64,000 bases of DNA from an uncultured Anaerolineaceae bacterium (GCA_964518505.1 CAZFGT010000005.1:20358-84357), one strand, 5' to 3'; counted from the stretch's first letter, positions 1 through 13,207 are shown. The notes: a model not told the origin generated them from the letters alone. Numbers and translations are program-made.

Positions 1-1040
1 GGGGCCGCCTGGGCCGTGGCCGCGGCCCGTCGGGCGCGCAGGCGGGCCAGCAGCGCCGCGGCCGCGCCCGAGTCGATCGTCCGGGCGGCCAGCTGGGTGC
101 CCGCACGAAGCGTGGCGACGCGGCCGGCGACCTGTAGCGCGGCGGCCGCGTTGAGCACGACCACGGCCCGACGCGGTCCCTCGGCGCCACCGAACAGCGC
201 CTCGATGAGGCGCGCGTTCTCGTCCGGCGACCCGCCCCGAAGGGCTTCCGTAGGCACGACCGGCAGGCCCAGCCCCCGCAGGTCGCCGGCGGTCACCGCC
301 TGGCGGGTGATGCCCTCGGGGCGTACGTCGTAGATGACGCCGCTGCCGTCGAGCGGCAGCTCGTCCACGCGGTCGCCGCAGACCACGAAGGTGCGGTCCG
401 TGCCGAGTTCACGGGCCACGGCCGCGATGGCCGCGGCGACCGTCACGTCGGCCACGCCGAGCAGCTGCCGCCGCACGCCGGCGGGGTTGGTCAGGGGCCC
501 GATCAGGTTGAAGGCGGTGCGCACGCCGATCTCGCGGCGGGTCGGTCCCGCGTGGCGCATGGCCGGGTGGAAGCCCGGGGCGAACAGGAAGGCGAAGCCG
601 TCCTCGCGGAGCGCCTCGGCGGCCGCCTCCGGCGTCTGCTCGACCGTCACCCCCAGCGCGTCCAGGACGTCCGTGGAGCCGGAGGCGGAGGTGATGGCCC
701 GGTTGCCGTGCTTGGCCACCGGCACGCCCGTGGCGGCCACCACGATCGCCGCGGCGGTGCTGATGTTGAACGTGCCGCTGCCGTCACCGCCGGTGCCCAC
801 CACGTCGATCGTCCCGGGCGGCGCGACGACCCGCAGGACCCGCTCGCGCATGACCGTGGCGAACCCGGTCAGCTCCTCCACCGTCTCGCCGCGCATGCGC
901 AGCGCCATGAGCAGCGCCGCGAGCTGCGACGGGGTCGCCTCGCCGTCCATCACCTGCGTCATGGCCGCGCGAGCCTCCTCGCGGCTGAGGCTCTTCCCCT
1001 CCACGATCGCCGCCAGCGCGGCGCGGACCGCGTCGCTCAT
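1..1040 (-). CDS. trpD: anthranilate phosphoribosyltransferase TrpD (3' end runs off window start)
   Basis: Minus-strand reading gives MSDAVRAALAAIVEGKSL... and the PPGTIDVVGTGGDG glycine-rich PRPP motif at about 780-820. The ATG at 1038-1040 overlaps the trpG stop (ATGA). The frame is still open at position 1. Confidence 0.8.
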   Translation of the reverse strand, partial: MSDAVRAALAAIVEGKSLSREEARAAMTQVMDGEATPSQLAALLMALRMRGETVEELTGFATVMRERVLRVVAPPGTIDVVGTGGDGSGTFNISTAAAIVVAATGVPVAKHGNRAITSASGSTDVLDALGVTVEQTPEAAAEALREDGFAFLFAPGFHPAMRHAGPTRREIGVRTAFNLIGPLTNPAGVRRQLLGVADVTVAAAIAAVARELGTDRTFVVCGDRVDELPLDGSGVIYDVRPEGITRQAVTAGDLRGLGLPVVPTEALRGGSPDENARLIEALFGGAEGPRRAVVVLNAAAALQVAGRVATLRAGTQLAARTIDSGAAAALLARLRARRAAATAQAA

Positions 1041-1732
1041 CGGGCTGTACCCGCGGGCGTGGCCAGGCCGTGCGTGGCGAAGCCGGTCTCGGCGGCCGCA
1101 TCAAGGACGTCGGCGTGCCCCTGGCCGGTCCGGCGCAGGAAGTTGGCCAGGATGCGCGGCCCCTCGGGCGTGAGCACCGACTCGGGGTGGAACTGCACGC
1201 CTTCCAGCGGCAGGGTCCGATGGCGCATGGCCATGACCACACCCTCGGCGGTGCGGCCGGTGACCTCGATGGCCTCAGGCAGGGTGCTCTCGTCGACCGT
1301 CAGCGAGTGGTACCGGGCGGCCGGGAAGGGCGATGGCAGGCCCTCCAGCAGGCCCTGCCCGTCGTGGATGATCTCGCTGGCCTCGCCATGCACCAGGGAC
1401 GGCGCGCGGACGATCGCGGCACCGAAGGCGGCCCCCAGGCACTGGTGGCCCAGGCACACCCCCAGCAGGGGGATGTGCCAAGCAGCGGCCACGTCCACGG
1501 CGGCCACCGAGACGCCCGCCGAGCTGGGCTCGCCGGGACCGGGCGAGATGACGATGCCGGCCAGGCGGTCGTCGAGCGGCCCTTCGCCAGCGGCCGCGTC
1601 GCGGGCCAGGGCCTCCAGCTGCTCCCGGTCCAGGGCGTCGTTGCGTACGACCCGCAGCGTGGCGCCGGCCACCTCGAGCGCCTGCACGAGGTTGAAGGTG
1701 AAGCTGTCGTAGTTGTCGATGACGAGGATCAC
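1037..1732 (-). CDS. trpG: anthranilate synthase component II / glutamine amidotransferase (TrpG/PabA type)
   Basis: 231-aa ORF starting MILVIDNYDSFTFNLVQ, with the catalytic GVCLGHQ Cys motif and the HPES triad region. It overlaps trpE by 4 bp. Confidence 0.85.
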   Translation of the reverse strand: MILVIDNYDSFTFNLVQALEVAGATLRVVRNDALDREQLEALARDAAAGEGPLDDRLAGIVISPGPGEPSSAGVSVAAVDVAAAWHIPLLGVCLGHQCLGAAFGAAIVRAPSLVHGEASEIIHDGQGLLEGLPSPFPAARYHSLTVDESTLPEAIEVTGRTAEGVVMAMRHRTLPLEGVQFHPESVLTPEGPRILANFLRRTGQGHADVLDAAAETGFATHGLATPAGTAR

Positions 1733-3351
1733 GTGGCCACCCCGGCACGGGGCACGTCATCGCCGACGGCGTTCGTCGCACCGGTCGCCTGGGCGGCCGC
1801 CACGAGCGCGCCGCGGATGGCCGCCGCCTTGTGCTCGGTCTCCTCGAACTCGCTGGCGGGGACGCTGCCGGCCACGATCCCCGCCCCGGCGTGGAGGTGC
1901 AGCGCGCCCTCACGCAGGACCGCCGACCGGATGGCGATGGCCGTGTCCAGGTTGCCGTCATAACCCAGGTAGCCGACGGCCCCGCCGTAGATGCCGCGGC
2001 GCTCCCGCTCCAGCTGGGCGATGAGCTGCATCGCCCGCACCTTGGGGGCGCCGGAAAGCGTGCCGGCCGGGAAGACGCTGCGCAGCGCGTCCAGGGCGTC
2101 CAATCCCGGGCGCAGCCGGCCCTCCACGTGGCTCACCAGGTGCAGCACGTGGCTGTAGCGCTCGACCTCCATGTAGCGCGTCACGGCCACCGAGCCGGCC
2201 ACCGCCACGCGGCCCAGGTCGTTGCGGCCCAGGTCGACGAGCATGACGTGCTCGGCCCGCTCCTTGGGGTCGCGTTGCAGCTCGTCGGCGATGCGCTCGT
2301 CCTCGCGCTCGTCGCCGCCCCGTGGCCGCGTCCCGGCGATGGGATGCGTGGTCAGCGCGTCACCCTCCACGCGCAGGAGGAGCTCGGGGCTGGCGCCCAC
2401 GACCTCGAAGGCCGGGTGGCGCACGTAGAAGAGGTACGGGCTGGGGTTGATGCGCCGCAGCGCTCGGTAGAGGTCCAGGCCACCCAGCGGCCTGCCATCG
2501 GGACGCACGGGGAGCGCCATCGTCTGGCGGCGGGCGAGCACGATCTGGATCGCCTCACCGGCCGCGATGGCCTGCTTGGCCGCCACGACCGCCGCCTCGT
2601 ACGCCTCCCGGCTCAGGCTCGCCTCCACGGCCGCCTGCGGAGCCGCTGCCGGCTGGGCGGGCGCGGCGCCCGGCGTGGTCCGCGCCACAGCCACCTCCAG
2701 CTCCGACCGACTCGGTCGCTGCGTCCGCTCCAGGGCCTCGAAGATGGCCCGCTCGGCGATGCGGTAGCGGCCCTCCAGGTCTGGCGCGTCCGTATGGAGC
2801 GAGGCGATCGCCGAGAGGGTCTGGGTCAGGTGGTCGAAGACCAGCACGAGGTCGGTCTCCAGGAAGGCCGCCAGCGGCACCCCGACCGGATCCTTGCTCG
2901 GCTGGGGCACCGGCTCGAAGCTGCCGACCGCGTCGTAGGCCAGGGCGCCCACCGCTCCGCCCGTGAAGCGAGGCATCTCGTTGGTGGGGGCGACGCGGCG
3001 GCGGGGCACGAAGGCGCGCAGGGCAGCCAGCGGATCCGTCGCCTCGCCGCTGGTCGCGGGCAGGTCGGGGCTGTAGGCATCGACGGAGAGCGGGCGCGTG
3101 ACGATGCGCGCCGTCGTGCCCGAGACCTCCAGCATGCGGCGCGGCGAGACGCCAAGGAACGAATAACGCCCCACGCGCTCGCCGCCCTCGACCGACTCGA
3201 GGAGGTAGCACGGCCCGCCGTCGTCCAGGCGCAGGAGGGCGCCCATGGGCGTCTCCAGGTCTGCCGCCCGGGACGCGCGCAGCAGGATCGTGTCGGCGCT
3301 GCCGGCCAGGCGGCGCGCCTCGGTGATGCTCAGCGGGTCGGGCAGGGCCAT
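1729..3351 (-). CDS. trpE: anthranilate synthase component I TrpE (start trimmed to MALPDPL, internal Met 83 of the 622-aa track ORF)
   Basis: TrpE hallmarks are present: LLESVEGGE, the chorismate-binding C-terminal region GGAVGYLGYDG, and AIAIRSAV. The upstream 82 codons are Arg/Pro-rich GC-shadow sequence. An RBS-like GAGGGAA lies upstream of the ATG at 3351. Confidence 0.85.
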   Translation of the reverse strand: MALPDPLSITEARRLAGSADTILLRASRAADLETPMGALLRLDDGGPCYLLESVEGGERVGRYSFLGVSPRRMLEVSGTTARIVTRPLSVDAYSPDLPATSGEATDPLAALRAFVPRRRVAPTNEMPRFTGGAVGALAYDAVGSFEPVPQPSKDPVGVPLAAFLETDLVLVFDHLTQTLSAIASLHTDAPDLEGRYRIAERAIFEALERTQRPSRSELEVAVARTTPGAAPAQPAAAPQAAVEASLSREAYEAAVVAAKQAIAAGEAIQIVLARRQTMALPVRPDGRPLGGLDLYRALRRINPSPYLFYVRHPAFEVVGASPELLLRVEGDALTTHPIAGTRPRGGDEREDERIADELQRDPKERAEHVMLVDLGRNDLGRVAVAGSVAVTRYMEVERYSHVLHLVSHVEGRLRPGLDALDALRSVFPAGTLSGAPKVRAMQLIAQLERERRGIYGGAVGYLGYDGNLDTAIAIRSAVLREGALHLHAGAGIVAGSVPASEFEETEHKAAAIRGALVAAAQATGATNAVGDDVPRAGVAT

Positions 3352-3395
3352 GGTGCTGCTGGTTCCCTCATCTCGCCCGGGTTCGGTCCCGGAAT

Positions 3396-3460
3396 CACGA
3401 CGACCTTTCGTCCATCCGGGACGAAAGGTCGTGCCTTCCGCGGTGCCACCCGCCTTCGAC
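3396..3460 (-). promoter_or_regulatory. putative T-box leader element (Trp-type) with terminator/sequestrator hairpin, upstream of trpE
   Basis: Minus-strand RNA reads GGCGGGUGGCACCGCGG (plus 3438-3454), matching the T-box core consensus AGGGUGGNACCGCG. The UGGC bulge can pair with a tRNA 3' end GCCA, which is the tRNA-Trp G73 discriminator. A 14-bp perfect hairpin with loop AUCCG follows immediately (plus 3400-3432). Confidence 0.5.
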
Positions 3461-3738
3461 GACCGGTCCGGTCGTCGCGCTCTGCCGACGGACCGCGCGG
3501 CGGTCGATCGGTGCTGCCCTGATAACGCTGGCGCTCTGCGCCGGAGCCTAGTCGGCGGGGGTTGGCCCGTCGTTCGGTCCGGGGCTCCCGGGTCCATTCA
3601 CCGCCGCCCTCGCTCCGGCTCGCACCAGCCGCCGGTTCTCTTGGCCGAGGATCGTCGGGTACTCGTCCCGATCACAGCCGTCTTCAGTTGTGGAGCGCGA
3701 GTCTAGGCGGGCCCCCGAAGGGTGTCAACGACGGGCGC

Positions 3739-5058
3739 TCAGGGCCGGCGCATGACGTAGCTCTGGGTCGTGCCGTTGGCCGCGGTCGTCTCGTACATCA
3801 CGAGCAGCGCGCCGGTGGCCGTGTCCAGCTTGATCACCGGCGACTGGACCTCAGCGGGCAGGAGCATGGTCTGGACCCAAGGACCGCCAGCCGGGCCCAT
3901 GAAGTAGGCGAACCCCTCGACGCGTGGGGCGTCGTAGTCGTCGCTGCCGCTGACCACCGCATCCACCGTGCCCGTGCTCGTGTCCACGGTCAGGGACGCC
4001 TCGCCGACGAGTGGGGTAAGCCGGCTTGTGTGCCACGCGCCACCTGCGTCGGTGCTGAAGTAGGTCCCGTCGGTGGGCTCGGCATCGCGGATGACACAGC
4101 CGCCCGGCTCAGGGCTGCGGTTCCACAGCAGGTATGCAGCGTCGCCCTTGCCGAGGACCATGACGGGGTCCCAGCCCTCCTCGCTGCCGGCGACCTGGGA
4201 GGTCGCGAAGCCGGACCCGGTGAAGGTCCCGAACGTGATCCCGCCATCGCCGGGCTCATAGGCCACGCGGGCCTTGCCGTCGTCACCGACGCGCAGGGCG
4301 GGCACCGACATGCCGGTGAGGTCGGCGATCGTGTAGCGGTGAGCGGTCGAACCGTGCACCGTCTCGTAGACCATGCTCGCCCCGCCATGGACGGCGACAT
4401 GGATGGTGCCGACGACGACGCGCAGGGCGTCGAGGTGCTCACCGCTCTTGCCGATCTGGCGGGCCACCGACCAGGCACCGCCCGCCAGCGCCCTGCTGCG
4501 ATACCAGACGCTCACATCGCTGAAACCATCGGAGCCGCAACCCTCCTCCGGGACGACCCGCGTGTAGGCCACGTAGAGCGTGCTCCCGTCGACGGCCAGC
4601 TGCGGATCCAGGTCCTTCTCACCAGCCGGCAGCGGCATGCTGCTGGTGGCCCACGTGGGGCTGCCGGCCCTGGACTCCGTGAGGCGGATCAGGCCGTCGC
4701 AGGAATAGGCCGCATGGTCGCCGCTGGCGGCATCGATGGCCACCACGAGCGCCGACTCAGCGTACGTGTCGCATTTGAGCGCCGGCCCGACCGCCTGCGG
4801 CGCGGACCAGCCCATCGGCGGGAGGCTCGGCGTACTGCTGGGGGCCGGGGTGTCGGTCGGCGCGGGTGACGTGGTGGCCGTGGCGGACGGGGCCGCCGTG
4901 GCCGATGGGGATGGGCTCGCGGTGGGCACGGCCGTGGGGCTCGCCGTCGGCGTGCTGGTGGCCGTCGCGCTGCAGCCTGCCATCACCGCGGCCATCGCGA
5001 GGGTGCTCATCGCGCGCGTCACGCGCCGCGGCAGCCGCGCCGCTCCCGTCCCGTTCAT
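3739..5058 (-). CDS. secreted lipoprotein; Ala/Pro/Thr/Ser-rich linker then a repeat-containing (beta-propeller/BNR-like) domain, function unknown
   Basis: Signal peptide with lipobox (LAMAAVMAGCSAT). The linker is TASPTAVPTASPSPSATAAPSATATTSPAPTDTPAPSSTP. Repeated aromatic blade-like motifs follow (LYVAYTR, ARVAYEP, AYLLWNR). Confidence 0.55.
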   Translation of the reverse strand: MNGTGAARLPRRVTRAMSTLAMAAVMAGCSATATSTPTASPTAVPTASPSPSATAAPSATATTSPAPTDTPAPSSTPSLPPMGWSAPQAVGPALKCDTYAESALVVAIDAASGDHAAYSCDGLIRLTESRAGSPTWATSSMPLPAGEKDLDPQLAVDGSTLYVAYTRVVPEEGCGSDGFSDVSVWYRSRALAGGAWSVARQIGKSGEHLDALRVVVGTIHVAVHGGASMVYETVHGSTAHRYTIADLTGMSVPALRVGDDGKARVAYEPGDGGITFGTFTGSGFATSQVAGSEEGWDPVMVLGKGDAAYLLWNRSPEPGGCVIRDAEPTDGTYFSTDAGGAWHTSRLTPLVGEASLTVDTSTGTVDAVVSGSDDYDAPRVEGFAYFMGPAGGPWVQTMLLPAEVQSPVIKLDTATGALLVMYETTAANGTTQSYVMRRP

Positions 5059-5165
5059 CCCGACCTCCCGACCGCCCGCCGGTCCGGCTGATGCCGGGCT
5101 CAGGGGGCCTTCACGGGAATAGACGCGCGGCCCGTGCCAGATGGTTCACCACGCACGGAGCGGCC

Positions 5166-6196
5166 TCAGGAGGCGGCCGTGGGGGTCAGCTCGCTGGGCG
5201 TGCTCCACGAGTGCAGCGTGTGCATGTAGTTGGCCCGGTCATAGGCCCCGGGATCGGCCACCGCGGTCTGGCTGGCACTGCCCCGCAGCTGGCCGACCGA
5301 CTCGTACTCGTGGTCGGCCATCCACGACCGCAGTTCGGCCTCCACGATGCGGACGTGTTCCGGCCCTTCGTGCAGGAGCGCCGAGGTCATCATGGCCACG
5401 TCGGCGCCGACCATGAGGGCCTTGAGGGCGTCGGTGCCCGAGTGGATCCCAGAAGTCGCAGCCAGCCCGACGCCGGGCCCCAGCTGCGGTCGCAGGACGC
5501 CGATCCAACGGAGTGGCAGGCGCAGTTCCCAGGAGCGGCTCAGCTCGACGCGGTTGACCACCTCGAGCGCATCCAGGTCCAGGTCCGGCTGATAGAAGCG
5601 GTTGAAGAGGACGAGCCCGTCGGCGCCCTGGGCGACGACACGGGCGGCGAAGTCAGCCATCGCCGTGTAGTACGGGCTGAGCTTGACGGCGAGGGGGATC
5701 GTCACCGCTGCCCGGACCGCAGCGATGAGGGCCAGGTCCGCCGCCTCCATGGCGGCCGCACCACGGGCGGGATCCGTGGCCAGACGGTAGACGTTGAGCT
5801 CGAGGCCATCGGCGCCGGCGTCGGCGATCCGCCTGGCGTAGGCGACCCAGCCGCCGGCCGAAGTGGCGTTGAGGCTGGCGATGACCGGCACGGAGGCCTG
5901 GTGGCGGATGGCTTCGAGGCGGCGCAGGTAGCGCTCGCCGGCATCGGCGAAGCCGTCGACCTCCGGGAAATAGTCGAGTGCCTCGGCGAAGGTTTCGGTC
6001 CCGGTCTCGAGGGACCGGTTGAGCTCGATCTCCTCGTTGAGGATCTCCTCCTCGAAGAGCGACGGGAGCACGATGGCCCCCACACCGGCGTCCTCCAGCC
6101 GGCGGGCCATGGCGACATCGCCGGTCATCGGCGAGGCCGACGCGACGAGCGGTGAGCGGAGGTGCAGGCCCAGGTAGTCGGTACGCAGGTCGATGC

Positions 6197-6200
<4 letters not shown>
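5166..6200 (-). CDS. dihydroorotate dehydrogenase-like / FMN-dependent TIM-barrel oxidoreductase family protein
   Basis: 344-aa ORF with DHOD-family features (VASASPMTGD, LELNVYRL, KLSPY, GIHSGTDALKALMVGADVAMMTSAL). Its start overlaps the PFOR stop by 4 bp. Confidence 0.7.
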
Positions 6201-9892
<3,692 letters not shown>

Positions 9893-10171
9893 CCGGCCTT
9901 TCGTATCCGTCGAGCGTGACTCGTGCACGGTCAGCTTCGGGCCTGCCGACGGGCGCCACCATTGTCGTTCGGCTCACCATCCGGTGCCCATCGGCCCCTT
10001 TCGGACCCCAGCGCGCACGGTCAGACGGGCGCGGTCCCTTGGTCCGGGGCGCGCCCGGCCGGATGGTCGGGTTGCCAAGAGCGGGTCGGCGGGGGTAGGG
10101 TGCGGCAGCCGCCGGGAGCCCGCGGGCCGACGCCGGCAGGCCCTGCGATCCCCGCGAACCGGAGCGACCCG

Positions 10172-12301
10172 ATGTCCGACCAGCGCCCTCGGCAGCCCGG
10201 CGTGCGCGCCGTGCGCCCCCGCTCCAGCGGTCGCCCTCGCCTCACCTTCCGCCTGGCGGCGGTGGCCCTTCTGGGAGCATCCGTCCTCGCCCTGGGCGGA
10301 CCCGGCGCGACGCTCGCCGCGGCCAGCCACGCGGCCGCGCCCGCCCCGACCGTCGAGCAGGCCTCGGCACCCATGCCCAAAGGGCTCACCGGTGAGGTCT
10401 ACGGCTTCCTGCCCTACTGGGAGATCGATAGCGGTACCGACGCGTACCTGCGCTACGACCTCATCACGACCATCGCCCTCTTCGCCGTCTACTACGACGC
10501 GTCCGGCAACCTCAACACGTCGACCCTGCTGGGAAGCGGCCGGGCGGCCCTGATCAGCACCATCGTCCAGCACGCCCACGCCCAGGGCGTGCGGGTGGAC
10601 CTGACGCTGCGCCCGTCGACCGACACGGCCAACGCCAACCAGGCCTTCTTCGCCAACGCGCCCGCCCAGGCGGCCGCCATCGCCAACATGGCCGCCCAGG
10701 TGGCGTCGCTCGGGCTGGACGGCGCGAACATCGACATCGAGTCGCTCTTCAACAGCGACTTCGCGGCGTACGGCGCGTTCGGGGCGGCCCTCCGCGCGGC
10801 GCTTGTGAAGGCGCACACGAGTGCCCGGGTGACCGTCTCCACCAACGCCAACGTGTCGGGCTCCGGCATGGCCGCCCAGGCCATCTCGCACGGGGTCGAC
10901 CGGGCTTTCCTGATGGGCTACAACTACCGCGGCTCCACAAGCAGCCCGGTCGGCTCCATCTCGCCGCTCGTGAGCTCGGTGGGCGGCCTCAGCCTGAGCT
11001 GGTCGATCGGCCAGTACGACAAGCTGGATGTGCCGCGCAACCGCATCATCCTTGGCCTGCCCTACTACGGCATGACCTGGCCGACCACGTCGGGCGTCCT
11101 GCATGCCACCCGCTCCGGCACCGGGGTGGCGTTCTTCCCGACCGACAGCCTGCCCCCGCCGGCCGGCACCACGATCAACTACGACGCGGTCGAACGCTCG
11201 GCCTGGTACGCCACCCAGGACCCGACCACCAAGGCCTGGTCCGAGACGTACTTCGACGATGAGACCTCGCTGCGCGCCAAGTACGGCCTGGCCGTCAACG
11301 ACGGGCTCGCCGGGGTGGGCATGTGGGCCCTTGGCTACGACCGCGGCCAGCCCGGCTACTGGGAGGCGATCGCCTCGACGTTCGGCGTGCTGCGCCTCGC
11401 CGGCGCGGACCGGTACGGCACGGCCGTCGCGGTCTCGGCCAACCTCCTGCAACCCGGCGCCGGCACCATGATCGTGGCCAACGGCCTGGGCTTTGCCGAC
11501 GCCCTCGGCGGGACGGCCGCGGCCGGTCACCTTGGCGGCTCGCTCCTGCTCACGACACCGACCGCCCTGCCGGCGAGCGTCTCGCTGGAGCTGTCGCGTG
11601 TCGGTCCATCCAACGTCATCGTGCTCGGCGGGAAGAGCGTCGTGTCGGACGCCGTCCTGGATGCGATCAAGGCGCGGCTGCCGGACGCGACCGTGATACG
11701 GATCGGCGGGGCGGACCGGTATGCCACCGCCGCGGACCTGTCCCAGGCGGTCTACCCAGGTGGGGCGAGCACGGTCTTCATCGCCTCCGGGGCCGCCTAT
11801 CCCGACGGCCTCGCCGGGGGCGCCGAGGCAGCCAGGCTGGGCGCGCCCCTGCTGCTGAGCGACTCACGAAGCCTCTCGCCGGCGACGTTGACGGAACTGA
11901 AGCGCCTGGCCCCGACCACCGTGTACCTCCTGGGCAGTACGGCCTCCCTCTCGAGCGCGGTCGCCACGGCGGTCAGCGCCGCCGTGCCCCTGGCCACCGT
12001 GGCGCGGCTTGGCGGCGCCGACCGGTACGCCACTTCGGTGGCCATCTCCGGGCTCCAGGGCCCGGGCGTGCCGGTGGTCTACGTCGCCGCCGGCACGAAC
12101 TTCCCCGACGGCCTCAGCGGGTCGGCCGCCGCCGGCGAGCTGGGCGGACCGCTGCTGCTGACGGCGCCCGGCGCCCTGCCCGTGAGCGTGGCCACCGAGC
12201 TCGCGCGCCTCAAGCCGCGGCGGGTCGTCGTCCTGGGCGGCACCAGCGCGGTCAGCAACACGGTCGTGCTGCAGCTGCGGGGGTACCTCGCTCTCCCCTG
12301 A
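10172..12301 (+). CDS. secreted glycoside hydrolase family 18-like domain fused to three cell-wall-binding CWB2 repeats (start trimmed to MSDQRP)
   Basis: Signal peptide RLTFRLAAVALLGASVLALG. The GH18 catalytic region is LGLDGANIDIES, a variant of DGxDxDxE. Three tandem about 100-aa repeats (ADRYGTAVAVS / ADRYATAADLS / ADRYATSVAIS ... FPDGL ... LLL) are typical of PF04122 CWB2. GGAGCG lies upstream of the ATG at 10172. Confidence 0.8.
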   Translation: MSDQRPRQPGVRAVRPRSSGRPRLTFRLAAVALLGASVLALGGPGATLAAASHAAAPAPTVEQASAPMPKGLTGEVYGFLPYWEIDSGTDAYLRYDLITTIALFAVYYDASGNLNTSTLLGSGRAALISTIVQHAHAQGVRVDLTLRPSTDTANANQAFFANAPAQAAAIANMAAQVASLGLDGANIDIESLFNSDFAAYGAFGAALRAALVKAHTSARVTVSTNANVSGSGMAAQAISHGVDRAFLMGYNYRGSTSSPVGSISPLVSSVGGLSLSWSIGQYDKLDVPRNRIILGLPYYGMTWPTTSGVLHATRSGTGVAFFPTDSLPPPAGTTINYDAVERSAWYATQDPTTKAWSETYFDDETSLRAKYGLAVNDGLAGVGMWALGYDRGQPGYWEAIASTFGVLRLAGADRYGTAVAVSANLLQPGAGTMIVANGLGFADALGGTAAAGHLGGSLLLTTPTALPASVSLELSRVGPSNVIVLGGKSVVSDAVLDAIKARLPDATVIRIGGADRYATAADLSQAVYPGGASTVFIASGAAYPDGLAGGAEAARLGAPLLLSDSRSLSPATLTELKRLAPTTVYLLGSTASLSSAVATAVSAAVPLATVARLGGADRYATSVAISGLQGPGVPVVYVAAGTNFPDGLSGSAAAGELGGPLLLTAPGALPVSVATELARLKPRRVVVLGGTSAVSNTVVLQLRGYLALP

Positions 12302-12325
12302 GGGCCCCTGCTATCGTGGCAGGCG

Positions 12326-13096
12326 ATGACCGCAGCGCCGACCGGCACCGCTGGCGAGCAGGACACCGCGGCGACGGGCGCCTCGCGTGACGCTCATGGC
12401 GCGGGCATCGCCGAGCAGATCCGTCGTGACTTCGCCGAGGCGTGGGGCGAGATGGGCGCCGCCTGGGGCGTGCCGCCGTCGGTCGCCCGGGTCCACGGCT
12501 ACATCCTGGCCCATGCGCGCCCGCTCACCGAGCGCGAGGTCCGCGAAGCCCTGGGGCTGAGTCACCGGGCGGCCAGCCTGGCGCTCGCCGAATGCGAGGC
12601 CTGGGGCCTCGTCGAGCGGGTGCCCGACCCGCGGCGCGTCGGCCGGCGCGGGCCAAGTGCGGTCGCCTATGCCAAGGTCGGCGACCACTGGGTGTGGTTC
12701 CAGCGCATCGCCGAGCAGCGCAAGCTGCGTGAGACGGACCCCCTGCTGCCGCTCATCGCGAACGCCGTGCGCGAGGCGGACCGGGTCGCCGCTGGGTCCC
12801 CGCCGGACAGCGAACTGGCCCAGCTGCGGGAATGGCTGACCGAGTTCGAGGGCTTCGTGCGCCTCTTCGACCGCGCCGTGGCCCTCGTCGCCCGCGCCGA
12901 AACGAGCGAACTGGCCCGGGGCTTCGCGGTCCTGGCCCGGCTCTCGGACGACACCCTGGACCGTCTGCTGGGCCTGTTCGGGTCGCTGCCGGAGGAGGAG
13001 CTGGCGCAGACGCTCCAAAGCATCTCCCGCGTCTCGCCCACCACCGCCCGCCGCGTCCTGGGCGCCGCCGCCAGGGTCGCCCGCCTCGGCCGATAG
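12326..13096 (+). CDS. GbsR/MarR-like winged-helix transcriptional regulator
   Basis: 256 aa. The N-terminal region (FAEAWGEMGAAWGVPPSVARVHGYILAHARPLTEREVREALGLSHRAASLALAECEAWGLVERV) resembles GbsR-family HTH regulators. Confidence 0.55.
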   Translation: MTAAPTGTAGEQDTAATGASRDAHGAGIAEQIRRDFAEAWGEMGAAWGVPPSVARVHGYILAHARPLTEREVREALGLSHRAASLALAECEAWGLVERVPDPRRVGRRGPSAVAYAKVGDHWVWFQRIAEQRKLRETDPLLPLIANAVREADRVAAGSPPDSELAQLREWLTEFEGFVRLFDRAVALVARAETSELARGFAVLARLSDDTLDRLLGLFGSLPEEELAQTLQSISRVSPTTARRVLGAAARVARLGR

Positions 13097-13119
13097 CGCC
13101 GCCAGCCGTCGCGGCCGGA

Positions 13120-13207
13120 TGGCGGAGAGGGTGGGATTCGAACCCACGAGGCTTTCGCCCGGCGGTTTTCAAGACCGCTGCCATCAACCACTCGGCCACC
13201 TCTCCGC
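13120..13207 (-). tRNA. tRNA-Ser (anticodon UGA), 88 nt with long variable arm, CCA encoded
   Basis: The minus-strand transcript GCGGAGAGGUGGCCGAGUGGUUGAUGGCAGCGGUCUUGAAAACCGC...GGGUUCGAAUCCCACCCUCUCCGCCA folds as a cloverleaf. Anticodon loop CUUGAAA, T-loop GGUUCGAAUCC, and a long extra arm. Confidence 0.9.

Noticed and set aside
1831-3522. 563-aa plus-strand ORF
   Set aside because: Antisense to trpE.
3352-3597. 82-codon N-terminal extension of trpE in the track
   Set aside because: The extension is not TrpE-like and is Arg/Pro-rich. It would cover the T-box and hairpin region. An RBS-supported internal ATG at 3351 gives a normal-length TrpE.
3352-3720. Classical trp attenuator with Trp-codon leader peptide
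   Set aside because: No small ORF with tandem TGG codons was found on the transcribed strand. The T-box-like core is a better explanation.
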